A DNA stretch of 64,000 nt from a virus. Position 1 is the stretch's first letter. Each line of letters begins with the position of its first letter. The stretch is from the IMG/VR virus record IMGVR_UViG_3300017782_000001, one strand, 5' to 3'. Made by a program: the position numbers and the translations under genes. Below the pieces are notes generated by a model. The model was not told where the DNA came from, did not search any database, and saw only the letters and a program-made list of their open reading frames with translations. This document shows positions 38,278 to 48,200 of this stretch, in pieces.

Positions 38278-39206
38278 TAGTCGTCTGCCCAATCCCCGTC
38301 CCAAGTAATTCTAATAGCACCGTAAGATCCTTTTTCACCACAACAACATGGGGCGGCGTATGTTGCAGCTGATAGTCCACCTTCTCCAGGAAGTCTAGAA
38401 TACCAAGATGATCCAATTGTTGAGTGTGCCATTCTTCCTGATGCACCATCATGAATATCCATGAAACATTGACAATAGTACATAAGACCTTTATGGTGTA
38501 CACCACCTTTAGCGGCTCGGTTAAACATATGCCAACCGCCTGGGAAAGCAAGTCCTGTTTTAATACCACAGGCGTTTGCTTCTTGCCAAGATCCACAACA
38601 ACCTACCTGGGCCCATGAATGAGAACCACAAGATCCTGTTTCAGTGCCGTAATATTTAGCAACTCTATATGGATCAGAGTCAGATTCACCAACTCTACGT
38701 CCAAGCAAATCACACATGTACATATATTCGTTATGTCTATAGTTTACAAAGAAATAACAACACGTTACGCCAGGATTACCACCTTCTGCACAAAAATTAG
38801 TAAGGCCATCACCCATAATATATGTTTTACCACCTCTAAATCCGCATTGATGGTTTGCTGTACAAAAGTAACAACACTGCTTGTCAATAGGATTACATGC
38901 AATATAACATTGACCTGGAGTTACATTAATAGTTTTATATGCGTAAGCACCGGAGCCACCTGGAATGCCTTGTTGACAACATGCAGCTCCTGCTCCATTA
39001 CCACCAGCGCCCCAAATTTCAAAGGTCGCTAGGCGTGCTCCTTGTGGAACTTTCCAATGGAATCTATCTACGCCTCTTTCGTTAGTGACTTGATCAGCAC
39101 CGTGACTCCACCCTTCAGGACCGGGTTTCCAGAATACGGTCTGACCGTGAAATCTACCAATTGCCATATCTGTGGCCGGTAGAAGGGTTCTGAGTTTTTT
39201 AGCCAT
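38277..39206 (-). CDS. Cys/Gly-rich putative virion adhesin, paralog A
   Basis: FEIWGAGG.GAG..CC, GGSGAY, CCC...GAIRIT. Confidence 0.7.
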   Translation of the reverse strand: MAKKLRTLLPATDMAIGRFHGQTVFWKPGPEGWSHGADQVTNERGVDRFHWKVPQGARLATFEIWGAGGNGAGAACCQQGIPGGSGAYAYKTINVTPGQCYIACNPIDKQCCYFCTANHQCGFRGGKTYIMGDGLTNFCAEGGNPGVTCCYFFVNYRHNEYMYMCDLLGRRVGESDSDPYRVAKYYGTETGSCGSHSWAQVGCCGSWQEANACGIKTGLAFPGGWHMFNRAAKGGVHHKGLMYYCQCFMDIHDGASGRMAHSTIGSSWYSRLPGEGGLSAATYAAPCCCGEKGSYGAIRITWDGDWADD

Positions 39207-39232
39207 TCTTTACACCTTTACAATACTAAAGC

Positions 39233-39251
39233 TATTTATACTTTATTTATA
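39233..39251 (-). promoter_or_regulatory. two tandem late promoters TATAAATA
   Basis: exact copies at 39244-39251 and 39233-39240. Confidence 0.75.
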
Positions 39252-40463
39252 CTTTACTACAACTAATCCTTGCCCAGACCAGCCACCACAACATATACCA
39301 TTACCTCCGCAATGTTTACCTGTAGCACCTCCAAAGCCAGCGGTTCTAATATTCGAATAACATAACTGGTTATTTGAGCCATTATGACATAAGTACCATT
39401 GACTCCATTGGTAACCGCCTCTTGCCATAGAACTATTTATAGAAGTATGATTAAACATCGCCACTCCAGTCCTAGGACATGAGACTGACGAATAATATTT
39501 ATTTGAACATGACCAATCTGAGCATCCATTATAACATTCAGAAGCAACATGTCCAGCCATTTGAGATGGATCACCACTAGGTTGATGCATAACATCTCTC
39601 ATTGCATTTTGGAAGGTTCTTACACATGTACCCCATGCTGCGCATCTTTCACCGTGATGGACATCGCACCGAAATTGAGTATCATGGTATCCTTGGTTAA
39701 TAAGACATCTTCCCTTTGGAACACAGTTTTTGTTGTTTCTTATAAATCCTGCATATTTACCTGTCATCCAAGGGCGTCTTTTGTCAGAACTTAAATTATC
39801 AAACGATTCCATTCCTCTACCCGCTGGAAAGCCTCCATTATGATGACATCCATACTTATACAGAGTATGTTGCCGACCTGGTGAACTATCACTATCGTTT
39901 TCTACTGCTCTTAGCCTGCTAGGACCACCTTGTCCGGTTCTATCATAGCAACAATAATCAAAGAAACATTGAGAAGCACCACACATGCCGCCGCATACAC
40001 ACAGACTTCCTTGGTTTTGTTTCCAATCATCAATGTGACTATGTTTACCATAATAAGTTGAAAATACACCACTAAAACACCCGTGGTTCCCTTGCCTTCT
40101 TGAAATACAACATCCACCGTGAGAAACAACATAGCAAAAAACTTCGCCTGGTTGTACATCCATGCAAGCTCTTCCATAAGCACCACCAGAGCCAGGTACA
40201 CCTTGAGTACAACAGCACCCACCGCCACCTCGGCCACCAGCACTCCAAACATCGATAATCGCTGATTTAGGTAATGGTTCGTATAAATTACCTTGACTTT
40301 GTGTTACACCATGAATACAAAACCGGCCGCATTCAGATCCATATATAGGATCCCAATAGCTACTTGCTTCACATCTTTGTTCGTAAAAAATTGCTTCACA
40401 ATAATCTGCTGTAGGCGTTACGTCAGCTAATCCAGGAGCAAAATTTCTTAAGTATTTAGCCAT
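39243..40463 (-). CDS. Cys/Gly-rich putative virion adhesin, paralog B
   Basis: MA..R.FAPG.ADVTPT N-terminus, WSAGG, CCC, LCHNGS. Confidence 0.7.
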   Translation of the reverse strand: MAKYLRNFAPGLADVTPTADYCEAIFYEQRCEASSYWDPIYGSECGRFCIHGVTQSQGNLYEPLPKSAIIDVWSAGGRGGGGCCCTQGVPGSGGAYGRACMDVQPGEVFCYVVSHGGCCISRRQGNHGCFSGVFSTYYGKHSHIDDWKQNQGSLCVCGGMCGASQCFFDYCCYDRTGQGGPSRLRAVENDSDSSPGRQHTLYKYGCHHNGGFPAGRGMESFDNLSSDKRRPWMTGKYAGFIRNNKNCVPKGRCLINQGYHDTQFRCDVHHGERCAAWGTCVRTFQNAMRDVMHQPSGDPSQMAGHVASECYNGCSDWSCSNKYYSSVSCPRTGVAMFNHTSINSSMARGGYQWSQWYLCHNGSNNQLCYSNIRTAGFGGATGKHCGGNGICCGGWSGQGLVVVKYK

Positions 40464-41655
40464 GACACACCTTTTCGTCCCCAGGGGATCCTCTATATCT
40501 TAGTTGAACTAGACCTAATCCTCCCCAGCCACCACAACAACATGGACCAGCGCAAACTCTTGTAGGATGACCACCAAAGCCTACTGTTCTAATATTCGAA
40601 TAACATAACTGGTTATTCGAACCATTATGACATAAATGCCATTGACTTAGGTGCCATCCTCCATGGGCTAGCCAGTTATTATGTGATGTTAAATTCATCC
40701 ATCTTGGACCTGAAGTTCTAACTCCAGATTGAACTGTCGTATAATTTTTATCTCCACATCCCCAAGCAGCACAACCACTATAGCATGATGATACGGCGTG
40801 ACCATACCCGCCATAGCCGCCTCTATTTTGACCTACGCTAGATTGTCTAAAAGCTTTTTGACAAAACCCTGCAGCTGCACAATGTTCGCCTACAACTTGA
40901 TCACACCTATTGTTTACTGTTAAATCAGTACAGCAATGATTATAAGGACCATAGCAACATTTTGACACAGGTATATTATTCGCGTTTCTTGGTTTTTCAA
41001 GATCATATGAAGATTGAATCATACCTTCTAAATGAGGAGCACGGCCGTGATGCCAATGCGGTATTCTCGCATTATAGTTATCAGAAGGATATCTAATAGT
41101 GTCACCTTCATATTTCCATTGAGGAACTGGGTATGAGCTATCGCCACCGCCATCTATTTTTCTTTTACCATAAGTCCCGCCAGTACCTTGTCCGGTTCTA
41201 TCATAGCAACAATATCCAAAATAACAACAAACCGGGCCACATCGACCGCCGCAAGTACAGAAACATCCTTGAGCATTTGGAGATATTCTTACTGTTGTAA
41301 AACACCCGTGACACCCGACACGCGCGGGGAAACAGCATCCACCGTGAGCTACGACATAACACATACCCCAGCCTTCAGTCATTTGAACACAGCTTGACAT
41401 ATAGTTACCACCAGCCGCGGCTGGTCCTTGTTGGCAACAGTTACCACCAGCTCCTGCTCCTCCAGCAGACCACATTTCTAGTTTACCCCATTTAACTCCA
41501 GGAGGTGCACAGAATCTTCCGCAATTCGAACCGTAAATTACCGCACGATAGCTACTTGCTTCACATCTTTGTTCCCAAAAAATTGCTTCACAATAATCTG
41601 GCGTAGGTGTTACATCAGCGTATCCGGGAGCAAAGTTTCTTAATTTTTTAGCCAT
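40456..41655 (-). CDS. Cys/Gly-rich putative virion adhesin, paralog C
   Basis: same motifs; start re-set to TAATG junction at 41655. Confidence 0.7.
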   Translation of the reverse strand: MAKKLRNFAPGYADVTPTPDYCEAIFWEQRCEASSYRAVIYGSNCGRFCAPPGVKWGKLEMWSAGGAGAGGNCCQQGPAAAGGNYMSSCVQMTEGWGMCYVVAHGGCCFPARVGCHGCFTTVRISPNAQGCFCTCGGRCGPVCCYFGYCCYDRTGQGTGGTYGKRKIDGGGDSSYPVPQWKYEGDTIRYPSDNYNARIPHWHHGRAPHLEGMIQSSYDLEKPRNANNIPVSKCCYGPYNHCCTDLTVNNRCDQVVGEHCAAAGFCQKAFRQSSVGQNRGGYGGYGHAVSSCYSGCAAWGCGDKNYTTVQSGVRTSGPRWMNLTSHNNWLAHGGWHLSQWHLCHNGSNNQLCYSNIRTVGFGGHPTRVCAGPCCCGGWGGLGLVQLRYRGSPGDEKVCHG

Positions 41656-42776
41656 TATCGATACCTCAACATTACCATACCGTGTCCAGGCCAACCTGAG
41701 CAACAACATGGACCACCGCAAACTCTTGCCGCATTTCCAGAATGACCAACTACCCTAACATTAGAGTAACAATTATTATTATTTGATCCATTGTGACATA
41801 AGTGCCATTGAGACCAATTCCAGCCACCCCATGCATCAGCATTCACTGAAGTAAAGTTAATCCATCTTGGACCTGAAGTTCTAGTTCCAGATCCGGATTG
41901 ACCATATTTTTTTCCACCACATGAGTGCCAAGCTTGCTTCCCGCAGTTTTCTACCGCAACAAAACCAACGTGATATCCTTTTTGAATATTCGCATAGTTC
42001 ATAGTACATTCAGGTGCAGCACCTCTACAATCGCCAAGACAAGATTTTAGGTGTGTAGTTGCTTCTTTACATGCAAATTGTGATTGTTTTTTTCCACTTC
42101 CTGTACCCGGAACATGATTCCAGCCATCTTTATTTGTACGACTTCTATCCCAAGGTCTTCTACCTACCATAGTAGGCGCATACTTAGCACAAGGATCACC
42201 GTTAAAGAATTGACTACAACCACATCCATATTGATAGCGAGTTTTATCTCTCATGGTTCCATCCCAATCAAGTGCACCGCAATCTCTATTGTTACAACAA
42301 CTAAAGAAATAGCATTGTGAAAAACCGCACCATCCTCCGTTAATACACATCTCTGCGCATTCGTTGCCATGTTTCCAAAAACTGTAACACCTAGCGTCTG
42401 TTGTCGTTGGTTGACAACATCCGCCATGAGCAACGACATAGCAGTAATATCCAGGCTTTGGTTCAAAGCAAGCTTTCATATATGCTCCGCCGCCTGAAGG
42501 TGCGCCATCCATACAACAACATGATCCCCAAGAACTTCCTCCTGCAGACCACATATTTACTTGTAATTCACTAGGATCCTGATGGTCACATTCTTTTGAC
42601 CCATGACCTTGAGCACCAAATTTTGGAAACCACCATCTGCCACAGGATGAGCCATATATTGCACTTCGGTTTTGAGCTGTGTTTTGCCGTTGTTCCCAAA
42701 AAATTGCTTCACAATAATTTGGGGTCGGTGTAACATCCGCTAAGCCTGGTGCAAATTCTCTAAAATTCCTAGCCAT
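41655..42776 (-). CDS. Cys/Gly-rich putative virion adhesin, paralog D
   Basis: same motifs; start re-set to TAATG junction at 42776. Confidence 0.7.
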   Translation of the reverse strand: MARNFREFAPGLADVTPTPNYCEAIFWEQRQNTAQNRSAIYGSSCGRWWFPKFGAQGHGSKECDHQDPSELQVNMWSAGGSSWGSCCCMDGAPSGGGAYMKACFEPKPGYYCYVVAHGGCCQPTTTDARCYSFWKHGNECAEMCINGGWCGFSQCYFFSCCNNRDCGALDWDGTMRDKTRYQYGCGCSQFFNGDPCAKYAPTMVGRRPWDRSRTNKDGWNHVPGTGSGKKQSQFACKEATTHLKSCLGDCRGAAPECTMNYANIQKGYHVGFVAVENCGKQAWHSCGGKKYGQSGSGTRTSGPRWINFTSVNADAWGGWNWSQWHLCHNGSNNNNCYSNVRVVGHSGNAARVCGGPCCCSGWPGHGMVMLRYR

Positions 42777-43861
42777 TATCGATACTTCCAAATAATAGCG
42801 CCATTAATGCCTGGGCCACCACAACAACATGGTCCTGCACAGACTCGCGCTGGTTTTCCACCAGTTCCTACACTTCTTAAATTAGCAAAACACGTACTAC
42901 TACCGCTGCCATTATGACATATATGCCAATTTTTCCAATTCCAGCCACCCCATGCATTAGCATTCACTGAAGTAAAGTTAATCCATCTATGTCCTGAGGA
43001 TCTAATTCCAGATCCAGAAGTTACAAAGGGTTTTTCTCCACATGTAGCCCAGTTAACTTTAGCACAACACTGCATTTGAGAAACACCAATAGGCCATGCA
43101 TCAGGAGGTGAAGTCCACTTTTTTGAACATGTGCCAGATCCAGAACAACACTCAGTGTCTTCTCTAGTACAAGTTGTTGCATAAGGATCCACACCATTTA
43201 GTGGAATGCAATTTTTCCCACCAAGATTTTTAGTTTGTACATTTGAAGGATGTCTACCTATTTCACCGCCAGTAAAGCAGTTTGTACTGTTGAAATTTCT
43301 GGTGTAATCGCAGCTACAAGCCCATTTCCAAGTGGTTTGAGTATCATCATCAGGACCACAAACAGCATCGGGTCCTTGAGCAAACTTTCGTCCACCATCA
43401 CCCCATTGACTTCTATTACAACAATAATCAAAATAACAAGCGCTAACTCCGCACATGCCACCGATATTGCAGCTTGTACAACAAGTATCTTGATCTTTAA
43501 TAAGAGTAAAGCAACCATATGCTGCGGCCGCAGGCTGACAACATCCAGACGATCCTACGACATAACAATAAGACTTACCTTCATAAGCGCTGTAACAACC
43601 TCTCATATATATGCCACCACCAGCTGGTTGACCACTCATACAACAACATGATCCCCAGCCTATTCCGCCACCAGACCATCTATCAATTATTACATGTTTT
43701 GCAGGTGCATTGAGACAAAACCGACCACAGGCATGTCCATAAATGGCGCTTCGCTCGCTGTCGGGATTCTGTCTCTTCTCGAATACAATGAATTCGCACC
43801 AATCAGGTGTAGGTGTTACATCAGCGTATCCGGGAGCAAATTTTCTTATGTGTTTTGCCAC
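42776..43861 (-). CDS. Cys/Gly-rich putative virion adhesin, paralog E
   Basis: same motifs; GTG start. Confidence 0.7.
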   Translation of the reverse strand: MAKHIRKFAPGYADVTPTPDWCEFIVFEKRQNPDSERSAIYGHACGRFCLNAPAKHVIIDRWSGGGIGWGSCCCMSGQPAGGGIYMRGCYSAYEGKSYCYVVGSSGCCQPAAAAYGCFTLIKDQDTCCTSCNIGGMCGVSACYFDYCCNRSQWGDGGRKFAQGPDAVCGPDDDTQTTWKWACSCDYTRNFNSTNCFTGGEIGRHPSNVQTKNLGGKNCIPLNGVDPYATTCTREDTECCSGSGTCSKKWTSPPDAWPIGVSQMQCCAKVNWATCGEKPFVTSGSGIRSSGHRWINFTSVNANAWGGWNWKNWHICHNGSGSSTCFANLRSVGTGGKPARVCAGPCCCGGPGINGAIIWKYR

Positions 43862-43874
43862 CGGTTACTATCCC

Positions 43875-44765
43875 TTATCGATATGTTATTCGAATCTTAC
43901 CAGAGTTTGAAGTTGGAGAGCAACAGCATGTAGCTGCTCCAGTCCATGTGCCAGGTCTTCCCATACCGTATTCAATGTCGTATGGGTGACACGTACAAGA
44001 TCCACCCCAGAACAATCCTACTTTATTAGATAGGTTTTCTCCACCAAGTCCTTGAACACCTCTGCAGAAAAATCCTACAATGTGTCCTCCTCTTTTACTC
44101 CAATCGCCGCCGGGATATGGAACTCCATACTTCCAAGTATTTCCTTGACCTGGCTGATTATCGGTTGCACTATCTGCCATAGCAGAATCAGCTGGAATCA
44201 TTAACCAACCCGGCAATCCATAAGCTCCACCATCTGCACCATAGTATTTGGCACATCCGGAATCTTGTCCGTAAAAAAGTCTGTATCTAGAAGCTGAGTC
44301 TCCGGAATCAATATATTGTCTAGGACAACACGTATTAACTCCTGGGTATCCTTCTTCAGCGCAAAAGTTATTTAGACCTCGTCCAATAACCATAGCATTT
44401 CGCCATGATTCTCTAATGCCTGTTCTTTCAGACCGACAACACATGTGAATGCCAGCTTGTACATAGTAGCAGTCACCTTGTTTTACTGGAATAGGTCCTT
44501 TATAAGCATACGCACCAGATCCTGATGGTGTTGAAATTGAACAACATTCTGAACCAGCGCCTTGTCCACCTGCACCCCAAATTTCAAAGTAAGCACAAGT
44601 TACACCATTAGGAACACACCAATGCGTTTTATGTCTTAAATAAGCGCAATTATCTGCGTTTACTCCGTTGGTGTGTTTTGGAATGAAGTTCCATTCACAC
44701 CACCCATCCCAACGAGTATCGTCTTTTAGACCCGCTCTGATAAGATGTGTTAAATATTTAGCCAT
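43875..44765 (-). CDS. Cys/Gly-rich putative virion adhesin, paralog F
   Basis: closest to paralog A (FEIWGAGG, AYAYK, NFCAE, AKYYG). Confidence 0.7.
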   Translation of the reverse strand: MAKYLTHLIRAGLKDDTRWDGWCEWNFIPKHTNGVNADNCAYLRHKTHWCVPNGVTCAYFEIWGAGGQGAGSECCSISTPSGSGAYAYKGPIPVKQGDCYYVQAGIHMCCRSERTGIRESWRNAMVIGRGLNNFCAEEGYPGVNTCCPRQYIDSGDSASRYRLFYGQDSGCAKYYGADGGAYGLPGWLMIPADSAMADSATDNQPGQGNTWKYGVPYPGGDWSKRGGHIVGFFCRGVQGLGGENLSNKVGLFWGGSCTCHPYDIEYGMGRPGTWTGAATCCCSPTSNSGKIRITYR

Positions 44766-44793
44766 GTTGTAGCTCCATCCAAATTGTTAACGT

Positions 44794-45213
44794 TTAGCCC
44801 TGAACCAGGAATTGCCAGCCGTTAGTGTCTCCGGACCAAACAAGTTGTAGGCCAATACCCATTGTATCGACAAGAATATCAGAATCTTGACCAAGAATCT
44901 TGTCTGAAGATGAAATTACCAAATGATTAGTTTGGAATTTTTGTTTTACGTCTACAATGTTTACTCTACCATCGCCAACAGAGTTACCAGATACACTTGG
45001 TAGTGTTATTGTAACTTCGCCGGTGGATGTATCTACAAAGTATCCATTATAGTTTGCTGCAGTTAAGTCTGAATCGATCAAAGACCATGCAATAGGAGGC
45101 TCAATTGAGTTTACCGCTTTAGCGATATAAGCGAGCTGTTCCGGACTTGCAGATGCGATTGACGTCTCAAGCTTGTTGACTAGCGCTGTCTTTACGGTAT
45201 CAACGGTTGCCAT
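44794..45213 (-). CDS. small virion/fibre-associated protein
   Basis: GYFVDTS...TITLP...LVW....GW pattern of fibre beta domains. Confidence 0.65.
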   Translation of the reverse strand: MATVDTVKTALVNKLETSIASASPEQLAYIAKAVNSIEPPIAWSLIDSDLTAANYNGYFVDTSTGEVTITLPSVSGNSVGDGRVNIVDVKQKFQTNHLVISSSDKILGQDSDILVDTMGIGLQLVWSGDTNGWQFLVQG

Positions 45214-48200
45214 TTCTTATTCCTCTCTTAATTTTTTTGCCATCTAAAAGTTCTTTAGCGTCAAAGCCAATATATTGTTCAAACGCTATTTCTCCGGTTT
45301 GGCCTGTCCCCGGTAACGTTACAGTTCTGTTCTTATAAATTTGATCATCAACATAAGTTTTGACTGCAAATTCTGTTGGAACAGCGCTATTCGAAGCTCC
45401 CGACAAATTAGGATCTGCCGAGAATTCATTAATTGTTTCACCTAGCTTAGCTCCAATGGAACCAAGTCTCAATGATGTAAGACCTGCAAGGTCGAAGGCA
45501 GATGCATCTAGTGTTGCTCTACCAGTCGCCTGATCAATTCGGAAATAGTTACCTACTCTAAAGTTACCGTCTTGGTCAGTTGATACGTAAAAGACTCTTC
45601 CAGCACCTTTTTCTATAACCTCATTTCCTTGAGTTTTAGAGTAACCCGTTAAAGGAGAATTCGGATAATTAGTATTAGTAGCATTACCAGTACCAATATT
45701 TAAGAAATCATGGCCAGTTAGTCTTGTCTGAGAGTATCTATAACGAACTCTCGATGTTTGTCCGTGGAACGCTGGACTAGTAGCAAGCTTTTGTTGAGCA
45801 AATACTAGAGTAATTCGTCCACTTGTTGAATCCCAATCTTGTGTAGATTGAATAACATATGTAAATGAGTCATAACCTGAATCTGATGGATTACCTCCTG
45901 AAGTTACAAATTCAACCGATCCACCTTCAAGTGGTTCTGAGTCAAATCCTTCAAAGGCCATTGTAAATCCATACTGTCCGTGCGCAGTATCAGAGTCTAT
46001 GAGGATAGAATATACATTACCTCCAGATTCTTGAATCGAATCTCCTGACTTAAATCCAGATCCATCAATTTGATTTTCGACAATTAATCTTTGGATTGAA
46101 GTTAGTGCAGCAATGACTTTGCCTCTGGTTCCTTGATAAACCGCAGTACCTGAATCAAAATCTCCACCGGAATCTGTGAACTTTGCAGCTCCACCAGTTA
46201 CATAAGCACTGTTTCCTGAAGCATCATATGTAGGAGGATCAACAAGAGTAATTTCTTGGAAAAATCCAGCCGCCGAAGTGCTTTTACCTGAAGCCACATA
46301 GAGAGGACCTGTTTGTGCAGAATCAATAGTGATTTTATAAGCAAAGCTGTTTTTAGTGCCAGTAGCTCTTGAGTTAGTAACACCTTTTATAACTTCGCCG
46401 GTGTAATTACCAGCTGACCACTGACTTGAATCAGAAGTTGTTAGATAGAAAGGATTAAATCCTGTTGAGCTATCCAAAGTAAAGTAATATCTTGAACCTC
46501 TATACAACTGGAAGCCTGAGTCTCCAGTAATATTATAATCAGTTCCTACACCAATACCGCTTAAGTTAAATCCTGCTGAATCACCTGTAACTGTCCAGTA
46601 TTCATTTTCAGCTGTTCTTAGTGAGAAGTCGTTTGAAGTAATACTATCAACTAAGAAATACTTGTTGTTAACTTGACTCATACCAGTTACGCTTGAAACA
46701 TTGATAAGGTTATAGCTATCAAAGTTATGCGAAGCAACTGTAACAACAGCCGGATTAGATCTAGTAATATCAGTAATTGATGCGTTAGTTACACTTTTAC
46801 CGCCACTAAATCTTGTATCAAGAAGACTTGTTGCATTAGAGTCATTATATAAAGAGAAGTTAAAACTATCGACTTTTCTAATATGATACTCAAGTCCATC
46901 TGCAATACCGGCATCATTACCAATATCCGAATCCCAAAGACCAGAATCAGGCGATACATCATTAACATATCTATTTTTTAGAGAAGCAAGCCTAACTCTA
47001 TCATTATCTACAAGACCATGAGCAACTCTGGTTTTAACTACTCCTGGATTTGCTCTTGTAATAGTATCAATTGAAATGTTTTTATTAGGCTGGCGAATGA
47101 TATCACCATCTTCAAACTCACCATTTGTAATTGATCCATCTTTATAATCTATGGCAAATCCTCTAACAGTCCCATCATTTGATGTTTCATTAGAATCAAA
47201 GCCTGCTGACACAGCACCATATGTACCATATGAGTTGTTACCATTCAATGCTCTAATTTGTCCGCCAGAAGATGTAGCATAACCAATGTGACAATAATAT
47301 GTAAAGCAAGAAACAATTTCTGCTCTACCATTATTTCTTACCCAAAAGCCAATTCCATCTGAGTGTAAGTTAGTAAATGCATGAAAAACCATTGAGGCAT
47401 TTGTGCTTGAATCTGATTGTCTAGCAGCATCAAAGTGGCCACCGTCAACAATAGCACCAATTCCTCCGGTTGAAAACGCCGAGCAATCTTTAATATACGG
47501 TGACTTTGTTGAAATTGCAAAGTTTGGATCAAGCTTAAAGTAAGCGCCTTTTCTTCCAGTTGACAATTCAGGATTTTGATCATCGCCAGAATCTGGAACA
47601 AATCCAGTAAGACCTCTAAATGTCATACCTTCAACTAATGTAGCATCTCTCATAAAGAACATGGCATCAGCTGAATCATATCCTGGTGAAGGCTGAACTC
47701 TTGTAGTTCTTAAACCTTGGCCATGCATAGTAGTGTTATGAGGAATATGGATTGGAAGAATTTCTTTATAATCGCCATTAGCAACAAGAACAGTTGTTGA
47801 TGAATCCTTCGTAATATTTTTATCGATAAAGCGCATTGCAAAGTTAATTGTCTTAAATGGCGCATTAGCAGATTTACCATAATCGGAATCATCAGTACCA
47901 GCATCAACAGAAATATAGAATGTATTTTTTGTATCGTCTGGATATGAAAGTGAATATCCAGAAGCTGTGCTATTAACTGTAATTACTTTACCAATATCAG
48001 ATGAATCAATTACTGGAAGAATATTGTCTCCGCCTGCAACAAAAAGATCAAAGAAAGAATCTGCTAAATCATTAGCAAAGTTTCCTGTTGAAGTAAAATC
48101 TTGTTTTGCAATATAAACTGATGTTGCTGTACTAACCAAATCATCTATTAGGTATTCAGAACCTGATGCATATGCACCTCTGAATCTAATACCTGAATTA

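Noticed and set aside
39343-43840. Diversity-generating retroelement or CRISPR interpretation of the repeats
   Set aside because: No reverse transcriptase, no adenine-specific mismatch pattern, no regular spacer periodicity; repeats are in-frame coding patches
38277-44765. Multiheme cytochrome interpretation of the Cys/His-rich array
   Set aside because: No canonical CxxCH motifs (only LCH and CTCH) and no export signals
38277-44765. Alternative genetic code or selenocysteine recoding
   Set aside because: Genes are full-length under the standard code; Cys is read from TGT/TGC
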